The notes below the pieces were generated by a model. The model did no database searches. It saw nothing but the letters and a program-made list of their open reading frames with translations, and was not told the DNA's origin. Positions 19,367 through 28,253 of a DNA stretch of 64,000 nt are shown here, piece by piece; the first letter of the stretch is position 1, and each line of letters opens with the position of its first letter. The DNA is from an uncultured Clostridia bacterium (lineage in GTDB: Bacteria; Bacillota; Clostridia; Christensenellales; UBA1242), in assembly GCA_934757825.1 (NCBI GenBank), contig CAKVLP010000001.1, positions 183,267-247,266 of the forward strand, written 5' to 3'. Made by a program: the position numbers and the translations under genes.

Positions 19367-20950
19367 TTAGACTTCTTCTATATAATAGGCGTCGATAAAC
19401 ACGTCGTAGTTTACGGGCACGTGTACAAAACAATACATTGTTGTGTCGCTTGTCAAAACTGGCGTGGTCAAGGTCATTATTTCCCATTGACCGCTTCCAC
19501 TATATGTACCCGACGAATTACTTGGTCTTACCGCCGTCCAACTGTAATTGCCACCTTGCAACTCAACTTTTGCAACAACATAATTGCCGTCTGCAGTTTG
19601 TCCCGTACTTGTACCAGTAGGCATTGCGCTCTTATAAGCAAAACTAAACCTATACGCTTTGCCCTTTTTGCCTACTACTGTTTTGAATACTCGATAATTA
19701 TTTGCAGTGCCAGATGCCGAAACTTTTAGGCATTTTGCTCCGTCATAAGAATCGGTGTCGATAATAGACAATGTACCATTTGTTTGGTTTGACAAAATGG
19801 TTGTTTCGCCTGTGGCATATGACTCAAATGAGCCATCGATTGGTTCTAAGTGTTTACTTGCGCCATAGACTGTGCTAGACGTCGAACTAGTTGCTCCGTT
19901 CCAAGAATACATTGGAAGTATCGCCTTGCTTACTCTATCGTAAAACTTGCCAGATTTGTCAGGAGTAAGATAGCACAAATAATCGCCGTTTTTATCGTAG
20001 ATTTTGATACTGGCATATTTTACGTCTTTGCTCCACGTTTCGTCCCAGATAAGACCTATGTACGATTGGTTTTGGGCGGTGCTATCCACACTTTTTATTG
20101 TGAAAGTAACAGTGTGCATTGCACCATTTGTGAATGTGGATTCTGGAAGGTCTGTCTCGACGTCAAGTTTGTTAAACTGCCACTTTCCAGATGCATTGAT
20201 GCCAATCCAAGCGTTGTTGTAAGTGCAGAAGAAAATGTTTTGAGACGCGCTTGTTGTGCTAGCGGTCATTTCAATTTTGCTAATGTTTTCCCATTTGATT
20301 GCTAGTTTTGGGCCTACAACTTCCGTCGCTGCTTTTGATATTGTAAAATTGTTGGCAAACCAGCCAGCTGGAGTGTTGTCCCAAGGATCTCGAGAGCCCA
20401 AGTGATACACTCCGCCTGTGTAATCCACCATTTCGGCGATTATGCGGATTTTAACTTTTTTATTGGCGCCCTCAGCTGTAGGGGTGATGTTGTTTATAAG
20501 CGAAACGCTGGCGTTTGGAGCCAATACCGAATTGTAATAGTAATAACCCGAATAGGTGTTTTCTATGTTTTCATCGCTTGCAAGGAAGCCATTGTTTATG
20601 GTAACCGATTGCAAGTGTCTTGTTGTAGCGATTTGTTTTGTGCTTTCGTCCATAATGATTGCATAATAGCATCTTAGGATTGCATTGGTTGTGCCCTTGT
20701 TGGTAACTGTGGAATTAGTAGTTGTGGTCAATGTGGAACCCGTAGCACCAAGCGTAACCTCGAAGGTTGAAGATGTGGTGCCAAGCCCTGCCGACGCAGA
20801 AGCCGTTTTGGACGAGCCCGTATTTTGAACCGTGCTATTGGCATACAACCACGACAAAGTAAAGTCGCAAACAAAATAAAAAAGGGTTAGCATGATAAGA
20901 ATGCTAGCAAGCAAGATTATTGAAGTCTTTTTTGTTTCCCACTTTTTCAT
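19367..20950 (-). CDS. multidomain secreted protein: TasA/CalY-like N-domain + LamG/ConA-like middle region + C-terminal CBM_4_9-like jelly-roll
   Basis: Signal-anchor ending FTLSWLYANS. Strand KVKIRIIAEMVDY closes the first domain. C-terminal LEPIDGSFESYATGE…KCLKVSASG…YDVFIDAYYIEEV resembles carbohydrate-binding modules (NGxFE…iDdv). First gene of the operon. Confidence 0.6.
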   Translation of the reverse strand: MKKWETKKTSIILLASILIMLTLFYFVCDFTLSWLYANSTVQNTGSSKTASASAGLGTTSSTFEVTLGATGSTLTTTTNSTVTNKGTTNAILRCYYAIIMDESTKQIATTRHLQSVTINNGFLASDENIENTYSGYYYYNSVLAPNASVSLINNITPTAEGANKKVKIRIIAEMVDYTGGVYHLGSRDPWDNTPAGWFANNFTISKAATEVVGPKLAIKWENISKIEMTASTTSASQNIFFCTYNNAWIGINASGKWQFNKLDVETDLPESTFTNGAMHTVTFTIKSVDSTAQNQSYIGLIWDETWSKDVKYASIKIYDKNGDYLCYLTPDKSGKFYDRVSKAILPMYSWNGATSSTSSTVYGASKHLEPIDGSFESYATGETTILSNQTNGTLSIIDTDSYDGAKCLKVSASGTANNYRVFKTVVGKKGKAYRFSFAYKSAMPTGTSTGQTADGNYVVAKVELQGGNYSWTAVRPSNSSGTYSGSGQWEIMTLTTPVLTSDTTMYCFVHVPVNYDVFIDAYYIEEV

Positions 20951-21088
20951 TGTCTACCCTAAATATAATTCTGGAATTATTTTATAATAATTCGCATTTT
21001 TAGTAAAGCAAATTTAGTTAATATTATATATATAATTTATTATGTGCCAAAATTTTGTCACAATTCAGTCAGCCCTCCTTTTCACGGC

Positions 21089-21120
21089 AAAAAACAAAAA
21101 ACACCCGATTCCACGAGTGT
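21089..21120 (-). terminator. intrinsic terminator downstream of degV paralogue 1
   Basis: On minus-strand RNA: acactcg-tggaat-cgggtgt (7 bp including one G-U) followed by TTTTTTGTTTTTT. Confidence 0.65.
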
Positions 21121-21155
21121 TTTAAGGTGTGTTTTGTGTATTTTCCCATTTACAA

Positions 21156-22052
21156 CTAAGGTAGAAGGCGTTTTTCGTTGCTGATAAATGTCCAAGCAAC
21201 TGCGTTTGGCCCAACGTGCGCACCAATTATTGGCCCCATTATTCTGATTTCTGACTCAACTCCAAATGCCGACTTTATCTCTGCTTGCATTGCTTTTGCG
21301 GCGTCCAAGTTGTCGGTGTGAACAATTGCCGATTTGAAGTGGTCGTCGTTAAAGGTGAAGTTTTGTTTAACTTCGTCAATAATGCTTTTGAAAGCCTTTT
21401 TCTGACCCATTTCTTTTCTTACAATTTCAAGTTTGCCCGCTTGGGTGAACTCAATTACGGGTTTTAGTCTTAGCATTGTGCCAATTGCGGCTTTTACTCC
21501 GCCTATTCTGCCACCGCGTTTTAGGTACATAAGGTCGTCCACAACGATAAAGTGCTGGATAAGACCTTTTTGTTTTTCAATTAAAGCCACCGCCTCGTCT
21601 AGGGTTTTGCCCTCGTCTCTTAATTCAACAGCGTTTCGCACCAAAAATCCTTCCGCAGCGGTTGTTGTGGTGCTTTCAAGTGCAACATAGTTAATGTCAG
21701 GATATTTTTCTTTTACGATTTCAATTGCTTTAAGCGCATTGTCAATGGTTGGACTTAGCCCTTTTCCTTGCGAAATATGAATAGCGTTTTTAATGCCTTT
21801 CTCGGCCATTTCGGTGAAAAGGTCAATGTGCGATTGCAAGTTTAGGATAGAAGTTTTTGCAACGCCTCCTTTTCTAAGCTTATTGTAAAAGTCAACATAT
21901 TCTTGCTGGGTTTGAAAATTGTCCAAATACTCGCCTAGTTTGCCATTTTCGTCGATTGTGAAAGTTAGTGGCGACACAAAAACTTCCAGTTTTTTAATCT
22001 CATCGGCGTACAACTCGCAAGTACTATCCGAACTAACCTCAAAATTTCTCAT
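21156..22052 (-). CDS. DegV family fatty-acid-binding protein
   Basis: …MYLKRGGRIGGVKAAIGTMLRLKPVIEF… is the typical DegV motif. The start abuts the MFS stop. Confidence 0.85.
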   Translation of the reverse strand: MRNFEVSSDSTCELYADEIKKLEVFVSPLTFTIDENGKLGEYLDNFQTQQEYVDFYNKLRKGGVAKTSILNLQSHIDLFTEMAEKGIKNAIHISQGKGLSPTIDNALKAIEIVKEKYPDINYVALESTTTTAAEGFLVRNAVELRDEGKTLDEAVALIEKQKGLIQHFIVVDDLMYLKRGGRIGGVKAAIGTMLRLKPVIEFTQAGKLEIVRKEMGQKKAFKSIIDEVKQNFTFNDDHFKSAIVHTDNLDAAKAMQAEIKSAFGVESEIRIMGPIIGAHVGPNAVAWTFISNEKRLLP

Positions 22053-23324
22053 TTATTTCTCCTTTATACTTTTTAATTTTTTTGTAGTTTTTTTGTTATT
22101 TTCACGAGCCGACATTGCGTCTTCGTGTTTTTGTAAAAAGTCGATAAGGAGGCGTCTGCTTCGCTCCTCATTTGCCGGAATTAGGTATGCGCTGGCACCA
22201 ATCCCCGCCGACACAAGTACAAGCACGGGAATCATTGAACCCACAGCGCCAAGTAACATTGGTACAATAACTGCCATATTTGAGGCAATTTCCCTTACAT
22301 AAAGCGATTCGTTCGAAATGCCCATAATGCGCGACTTTGGCAATAGCCTGCGCAAACAGAATGTTGAAATACAACCATAGAAAAGCCCCGTCAATCCCGT
22401 CACAACAAACAGTAGCGCCGTGTTTGTGACAAATATTAGACACGCAACTCCTATCATACAAACAATACAAGCAACTATTAGCACAGGTGTGGTTTCTTTT
22501 TTGTTGTCAAGTAGCCCGAATAGAAAACAGCCTATGCCAAACATAGCGTTAAAGAGTGCATTTACGTATCCCGCCATTCCAAACGACGGAAACGTAAGGT
22601 ACAAGTGAATTACAAATGCTGTGTTAATGATGTCCATAAAACTGAATATGAAATAAACAAACCAGTATCCTAAAAGCATTTTTTTGGAAATTTGTCTTGC
22701 GTTTTCAATCATTTCTGGGTCTTTGGAAAATGTGATAACCGCATTGGAAACCGCGTCGGTGTTGAAGCCTTTGAGTTTTCTGCCCTTGATGTAGTATATC
22801 AAAAGCGGAACCACCGAAATCAAATACAATACGACCGAAATTATTAGGATTAAGTTTTTGTTAACGTCAAGCATCACTCCGCCCACTACAAGGGCGATTA
22901 AAACGCCCGCTTGTTCTAGTAGTCTTGTAACGCCAAGTGAATTGCCCGACTCTTCTGTCGTCGAGGCATAGTTGTAAAGTATCTCAATAGGCATACACTT
23001 AAACGACTCGCTTATGCCATAGAATAGCACAACTCCAATAATGCCAAGCCACAAGTTGGTCTCCATTAGGAAAATGCTAAGCGTGTAAAGTACAAATGGC
23101 GCAAGCCTTATAAGCAAAATAAGTTGGGGGCAATGTTCGTAAAGTTTTTTAAAACAAACGCTAAAGGCAAGTCTTATTAAATACGATGCCACTACCGATA
23201 TACACGCTAGCGCCACCGAACCAGTAGCATCAAGTATTATAATCGGGATAAATGCACCAACAAGTTTTGTCGCCACATTCGAAAGCAACTTATAGAAATT
23301 TAGTAAGAATAATTGATTTTGCAT
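22053..23324 (-). CDS. MFS-type transporter (about 12 TM) with basic C-terminal tail
   Basis: Hydrophobic throughout. I place the start at MQNQLFLLNF (23324), because the longer track ORF (to 23444) would run through an intrinsic terminator at 23412-23441. Confidence 0.65.
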   Translation of the reverse strand: MQNQLFLLNFYKLLSNVATKLVGAFIPIIILDATGSVALACISVVASYLIRLAFSVCFKKLYEHCPQLILLIRLAPFVLYTLSIFLMETNLWLGIIGVVLFYGISESFKCMPIEILYNYASTTEESGNSLGVTRLLEQAGVLIALVVGGVMLDVNKNLILIISVVLYLISVVPLLIYYIKGRKLKGFNTDAVSNAVITFSKDPEMIENARQISKKMLLGYWFVYFIFSFMDIINTAFVIHLYLTFPSFGMAGYVNALFNAMFGIGCFLFGLLDNKKETTPVLIVACIVCMIGVACLIFVTNTALLFVVTGLTGLFYGCISTFCLRRLLPKSRIMGISNESLYVREIASNMAVIVPMLLGAVGSMIPVLVLVSAGIGASAYLIPANEERSRRLLIDFLQKHEDAMSARENNKKTTKKLKSIKEK

Positions 23325-23411
23325 TCCTTTTTTAATAACCTTAACCTTTGTAAACAACTTAATGATAGCATAAATCCTATTTAAACTAAAAATAAATTTT
23401 AGTAAGTTTAC

Positions 23412-23441
23412 AAAAAAATCCCGAAAGATTAACTCTCGGGA
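23412..23441 (-). terminator. intrinsic terminator T2 (second of a tandem pair)
   Basis: Minus RNA: ucccgaga-guuaauc-uuucggga (8 bp including a G-U) followed by UUUUUUU. Confidence 0.6.
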
Positions 23442-23442
23442 C

Positions 23443-23470
23443 AAAAAAAACGAGAGGCGGGTACCTCTCG
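23443..23470 (-). terminator. intrinsic terminator T1 (first of a tandem pair)
   Basis: Minus RNA: cgagagg-uacccg-ccucucg (7 bp, GC-rich) followed by UUUUUUUU. Confidence 0.8.
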
Positions 23471-23546
23471 CTACCTAAATATGTGTATGTAAATAGGTAG
23501 AATGAAAAATGGAAAAACATTTTATTTGTTTATAAAATGCACTATT

Positions 23547-23575
23547 ATAATAGCACTAAAGGAAAGTGTTGTCAA
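23547..23575 (-). promoter_or_regulatory. near-consensus sigma-A promoter with no ORF before the tandem terminators
   Basis: Minus strand reads TTGACA-17nt(acactttcctttagtgc)-TATTAT, 22 nt after the stop of the 23598-24494 gene and ~75 nt upstream of T1. Confidence 0.5.
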
Positions 23576-23597
23576 TACCCAAAATTCAAAAAAATTG

Positions 23598-24494
23598 TTA
23601 TTTTTTGAGGGTTTTTAAAAGTTTTAAAAGTCCTAGGTCATTTACCAACCCTATCCTTTGGCCATTACTAAACAAAACCATTGTGCACTTGCCTACCTCG
23701 CCTACACTTTGAAAAGCGGAAAACTTTAAGATAATTTTGTTTTTATCCCAATAGCACACGCCAAAATCCGCTTTGCCATAAGGCACCACAATCTTTACTT
23801 TTGGATTATAAAAACCCTCGCCATATATCACCAAAGTATCCTTATATTTTGGGACACAACCATAACAACTAAGCGTCTGGCTCGGCAAGTTTGACCTATC
23901 CGAAAATGTTTTATACTGAATGCTGTTTCTACACGACACAACAAAATTAGCGGGGATTTCTTCCCTTACTCTACACCCCTCCATTATGTGGCAATTATCG
24001 CCGACACTAGCATACACCTTTACATTATTATCAAAAACAACATTATTGCCAATAATCGTTTTTTTGACATTATCTACTATGTTATTGTCACAAAGTTCTA
24101 CATAATTGTCAATAGATATATTATTACCGAGTTTGTATCCGCCTCCGATATAGTTATAGTTTCCATATATGTATAGCGGGAAATAGACATCGGCATATGG
24201 ACTAATATAATTTGAACACAAGCACAACGTAATGTTTTTGGCGCGTGCCAAGTCATCGAGTGAAACGTCAACATTGTGTGCAATTATGTCCTTAGTAATT
24301 ACATATGTCACTATCGCAAATAGCCCGTTTGCACATTTTATTTCGAGCCTCTTTTCAACATAGTCTTTGGTTAGTGTTTTGCAAGTTTTTAGCACCTGGT
24401 TCTCGTCGTACATATAGTTTTTGAAAATATTGTTTTTTATTTTTCTCAAAGCTCTAAGAGAAAACTTTGAGAAATCTATGTTTAATTTATCCAT
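23598..24494 (-). CDS. hypothetical protein with hexapeptide-like (left-handed beta-helix) repeats and a beta-rich C-terminal domain
   Basis: Central NISIDNYVELCDNNIVDNVKKTIIGNNVVFDNNVKVYASVGDNCHIMEGCRV resembles LbH acyltransferase repeats. No catalytic assignment is possible by eye. Confidence 0.45.
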   Translation of the reverse strand: MDKLNIDFSKFSLRALRKIKNNIFKNYMYDENQVLKTCKTLTKDYVEKRLEIKCANGLFAIVTYVITKDIIAHNVDVSLDDLARAKNITLCLCSNYISPYADVYFPLYIYGNYNYIGGGYKLGNNISIDNYVELCDNNIVDNVKKTIIGNNVVFDNNVKVYASVGDNCHIMEGCRVREEIPANFVVSCRNSIQYKTFSDRSNLPSQTLSCYGCVPKYKDTLVIYGEGFYNPKVKIVVPYGKADFGVCYWDKNKIILKFSAFQSVGEVGKCTMVLFSNGQRIGLVNDLGLLKLLKTLKK

Positions 24495-24650
24495 AGTATT
24501 CTATATGATAAATTCTACTTTTTAGACAATGTTAAAATCAAAATTTTACAGTGGCAAAAAACAATTTGTAATAATTCACAAAATTAAAAAGTGTATATTA
24601 TTTTACTTTTTTTTAGTTTAGTGACATAATGGGTTAAAAAGGGGTGACAT

Positions 24651-25271
24651 ATGAAGAAAGGAATTTTTATCACACTTGAAGGCGGAGAAGGCACCGGCAA
24701 AACGGAGCAAATGAACTTTATAAAACGCTGGCTAGAACACCATAACATTCCATACATTGCAACACACGAGCCAGGCGGAACAGAACTAGGCGAAGCGCTT
24801 AGACCTATTATAAAATACGCCGATTACCCTATTGGCGACAGGGCAGAACTGCTATTGTTTAACGCAAGCCGTGCCCAACTTATCGACCAAGTAATTGTGC
24901 CCAATCTAAACAAAGGCGTATCAATTATTTGCGACAGATTTATGGATTCAACATACGCATATCAATGCTGGGGACGCGGTCTTAATGCAGATGATGTTAT
25001 GAATATTGTGTACTTTGCCACCGATAATCGTGAGCCAGATGTGACCTTTTGGCTTGACCTAAACCCTAAGGACGCATTCATTAGGAAAAACGGCGCCGAC
25101 GAAAGCGACCGATTTGAACAAGCAAGCGAAATTCACGAAAGAGTGTACAATGCATACAAGGCACTTAATGAAAAACTCGACAGATTTGTGCGAATTGACG
25201 CCTCCAAAAACATAGCCGAAGTGAGCAAACAAATTGCCGAACACCTCGAAAAAATTTTTGAAATAGATTAA
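24651..25271 (+). CDS. tmk: thymidylate kinase
   Basis: FITLEGGEGTGKTEQ P-loop, …THEPGGT…, and 206 aa length. GGGGTG SD. Confidence 0.9.
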   Translation: MKKGIFITLEGGEGTGKTEQMNFIKRWLEHHNIPYIATHEPGGTELGEALRPIIKYADYPIGDRAELLLFNASRAQLIDQVIVPNLNKGVSIICDRFMDSTYAYQCWGRGLNADDVMNIVYFATDNREPDVTFWLDLNPKDAFIRKNGADESDRFEQASEIHERVYNAYKALNEKLDRFVRIDASKNIAEVSKQIAEHLEKIFEID

Positions 25272-25290
25272 AATTGTTAAGATTTTATAA

Positions 25291-25316
25291 AAAAAAGCCA
25301 CATAATGTGGCTTTTT
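25291..25316. terminator. bidirectional intrinsic terminator (tmk / whiA)
   Basis: agccac-ataat-gtggct stem flanked by AAAAAA and TTTTT. It lies between the convergent tmk(+) and whiA(-). Confidence 0.7.
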
Positions 25317-25475
25317 ATTCTTTATATGGATTTATTTTGTAATTTCACTCTTTATAAGCATTAAATAAAACTGATTAAAAACATAAATTTGTTTTCATTT
25401 ATGTCATTGAATTATGTTTAATTTAAAACCCCTTAAAACTGTTATTTTTTATTGGCTGGGGTTTTGCAAATATTA

Positions 25476-26477
25476 CTACAATGTGTTAATTTTAAACCTA
25501 TTTTTTTGGATATCGTCGGCTATTTTAACAATTTTTTCAAGTCTATGATTTATCCCGCTTTTTGAAATTTTATAACTATACAGTTCGCGCAATTTGTCAA
25601 GCGACTCGTCGGGATTTGCCAGTCTAATAAGGCAAAGTTCCATAAGAGGTTCTTCCAAATTTTCTAGCCCCATATTATCTTGAATTATTTTGATTGCCTT
25701 CATCTGCCTAACCGACGCGCTTACAGTCTTGTTTAGATTGGCATTAAAACAATTAGTTTGCCTATTTACATTATTTCTAACTTCCCTAATCGCTGCCTCA
25801 TTTTGAAGTGTAAGCACGGCGTGCGACGCCCCAACAAGCGCAAGCATATCGCAAATAAGTTGATACTCCTTAATGTACACAATCGGCGAATTTTTCCTAA
25901 TTGTGACCTTGCTAGGAATGTTAAACATCGCAAGTAATTTTACAAAATCGTCTGCTAGATTTTCGAAGTTAAACACAAATTCTAAGTGATATCCACTGCT
26001 ATTGTTTCGCTGTTTGTTTTCGTAATTTTTAATAACAATGTTGCTTGTGGCACAACTTACAAACGCGCCCATAATATAACTACGTTTACAGCAATCGTCG
26101 GCAATCAAAAAGTTGGAAATGCCGTTGTTGATTGTCTTAAAGCCCTCTTCGTTAAGGGTCATAATACCCATATCAACCAGCAACTGCTCGGTCACTTCGT
26201 GCGGAAGGGTTATGCGATAACGCGTGTTTTTGGAAATACTGGCGTTGTCATCAGATATTTCTAGGTCGCAATCGTAGCCGTAATATTGTTTTATAATCGA
26301 ATTAACCTTAGGATAAAGTTCTTCTATTTCAGTGAAAATCTCAACCACATAGTTTTTGTTCGTGATGTTTAATTGCCCACTGCATTTAATTACAGCGCTC
26401 AAAAAAGCAATAGCACAACAATCGTTTGTGATATCCTGTTTTAACACCTCTAATTTCGCTTCATAAGCAAAAGACAT
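25476..26477 (-). CDS. whiA: DNA-binding protein WhiA
   Basis: N-terminal MSFAYEAKLEV…, LAGLIDADG-derived middle region, and C-terminal HTH …ISKSGINHRLEKIVKIA. 333 aa. Confidence 0.85.
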   Translation of the reverse strand: MSFAYEAKLEVLKQDITNDCCAIAFLSAVIKCSGQLNITNKNYVVEIFTEIEELYPKVNSIIKQYYGYDCDLEISDDNASISKNTRYRITLPHEVTEQLLVDMGIMTLNEEGFKTINNGISNFLIADDCCKRSYIMGAFVSCATSNIVIKNYENKQRNNSSGYHLEFVFNFENLADDFVKLLAMFNIPSKVTIRKNSPIVYIKEYQLICDMLALVGASHAVLTLQNEAAIREVRNNVNRQTNCFNANLNKTVSASVRQMKAIKIIQDNMGLENLEEPLMELCLIRLANPDESLDKLRELYSYKISKSGINHRLEKIVKIADDIQKNRFKINTL

Positions 26478-26506
26478 ATCCTATCTCCCAAGTTGGTTTT
26501 ATTATA

Positions 26507-26540
26507 TCAAAAAAACAACTAAAAATCTAGTTGTTTTATT
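26507..26540. terminator. intrinsic terminator after the uvrC-murB-PHP-phosphorylase gene string
   Basis: aacaacta-aaaatc-tagttgtt, 8-bp stem, with A-run on the left (a T-run on the minus RNA) and T-rich sequence on the right. Confidence 0.6.
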
Positions 26541-26670
26541 ATTTTATTTTTTCTCATTACAATTTCTTCAACAATAGGAACAAAATAAATCAAATTTAGA
26601 TTTAATTGCTTTACAAAATTATTGTTTTAAGCAATTGACTATTGAATTATTGAAACCATTTTAAGCCTAT

Positions 26671-27471
26671 TTATTTTTCTTTTTCAAATATTTTTGCCGA
26701 TTCGTAAGCGATTTCGGTCATAATCATTTTAAGATTTTTACGATACTTTTCTGGAAAAAACGACCAGTCATCAACGCCATTTACAGCATCAGAAAAGAAC
26801 AAAAATTGTGCAAATCTTAGCCCCAACTTTTTAGCGACTACACACCAAGTTGCGCATTCCATCTCGACTGCAACGCACTTTTGTTTTAGTCTTAACTTTA
26901 TAAGTTTTTCGGTCTCTCTATATATTGCATCGGTTGTCCACGCTCTTCCCACTTCATAATTCATATTATGGGTTTTCATCGCCTGCTCTATACATTTTGT
27001 CAAAAACTTATCAGTTTCTGCCAAAACGTCAGCTTCTGCGTAATGATAACTTGTTCCCTCGTCTCGCACCGCACTTTCTACAACAAGCATTTTTTTGCCG
27101 TCAAAAGTATGGTCAATTAGCCCAGCCGAACCGCAAGCAATAAAGTTTTTTACGCCTAGCGCAGCAAGTTCTTCCATTGACCCCGCAGCGTTTGGACTTC
27201 CCACAAATGGAACCACAAACAATAGTCCGTTTGAGGCATATATTGGGTGCTCATCTTCCCCGCCAGGAAGCACACCTATTATCTCGTAATCGCCAATAGT
27301 TTTTAGCCATTTTTCCAAATCTGCAAAAAATGTCATTACAACGGTGGTGGTTTTGTGCTCTTTAATATACTTGATTGTGTCCTCATACATCCCCGCACCA
27401 TCAATCAATTTTTTGGCAGTTAGGAAAGGCTTGTCATCGTAAAATTTTTCATCAATAAGTGGATTTTTCAT
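26671..27471 (-). CDS. nucleoside phosphorylase family protein (PNP_UDP_1-like)
   Basis: …FIACGSAGLI…, …RDEGTSYHY…, and …VAVEMECATW… resemble uridine/purine nucleoside phosphorylase motifs. Confidence 0.65.
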   Translation of the reverse strand: MKNPLIDEKFYDDKPFLTAKKLIDGAGMYEDTIKYIKEHKTTTVVMTFFADLEKWLKTIGDYEIIGVLPGGEDEHPIYASNGLLFVVPFVGSPNAAGSMEELAALGVKNFIACGSAGLIDHTFDGKKMLVVESAVRDEGTSYHYAEADVLAETDKFLTKCIEQAMKTHNMNYEVGRAWTTDAIYRETEKLIKLRLKQKCVAVEMECATWCVVAKKLGLRFAQFLFFSDAVNGVDDWSFFPEKYRKNLKMIMTEIAYESAKIFEKEK

Positions 27472-27474
27472 TTG

Positions 27475-28242
27475 CTACTCCTTGTCCAAATTAAAGGTTT
27501 TGAATTTTGGGATTTTGCCAAGATTTACGAGTTGTTCAGGCGGAATATTGTAGCGCTCCACAAAGTTTAAGCCACGATGATTTTTTCCCACTCTATCGGG
27601 GAAATGCGCGTCGCTATCAATTATAAACTTAACACCCAAGTCAATCATTTCTTTCATATCTTCGTCACTAAAATTGATGACTTTGCCGTTAAGTTCTATG
27701 TAAGTTCCTGTTTCAACTGCAACTTTTGCAACCTCAACTGGATTAACCAAACAGCCGTGAGTATTGAGATGTGCAATAATGTCTATTTTGTTTTTCTTTA
27801 GTGCCTTAATATACGCTTGTGTGTTTCTCTCAATTTGTTTTTTGCTATGCCTGCCTATGCCAAGTGCATTTGGCACCCAAAAGTTAAAAAACGATTTAAT
27901 GGATTTTGGTCTTTCCATTTGATGAAAACCCACCACCAAAATGTCGACCATTTTGCGGTTTTCGGGTGGCAAATCAATATTGCCGTCAAGGTCTAGCAGA
28001 TTGCTTTCAAGACCACACAATATGTCAATTTGCCCTTTATACTTTCTTCTAAGCGACTCAATTTCAACACGCATTTCGTTGTACTCTTTTTTGGATATAC
28101 CATAGAAAGATTGCGAAAAAGAATGCTCGGCGATTGCAATTTGTTTTAGCCCGCGCTTAATCGCGCTCTTAACATTGTCCTCAACCGTGCCGTGTCCGTG
28201 CGTATAAACCGTATGTGTATGATAGTCCCCAAATAATACCAT
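27475..28242 (-). CDS. PHP-domain phosphoesterase (histidinol-phosphatase family)
   Basis: N-terminal DYHTHTVYTHGHG…AIAEHS is the PHP metal-binding signature; C-terminal DSDAH. Confidence 0.75.
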   Translation of the reverse strand: MVLFGDYHTHTVYTHGHGTVEDNVKSAIKRGLKQIAIAEHSFSQSFYGISKKEYNEMRVEIESLRRKYKGQIDILCGLESNLLDLDGNIDLPPENRKMVDILVVGFHQMERPKSIKSFFNFWVPNALGIGRHSKKQIERNTQAYIKALKKNKIDIIAHLNTHGCLVNPVEVAKVAVETGTYIELNGKVINFSDEDMKEMIDLGVKFIIDSDAHFPDRVGKNHRGLNFVERYNIPPEQLVNLGKIPKFKTFNLDKE

Positions 28243-28253
28243 TTTTCTTCCCC

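Noticed and set aside
23325-23444. The 40-codon N-terminal extension of the MFS transporter given by the track.
   Set aside because: It would be translated through an intrinsic terminator (23412-23441) and has no MFS counterpart. TM1 follows the internal Met at 23324.
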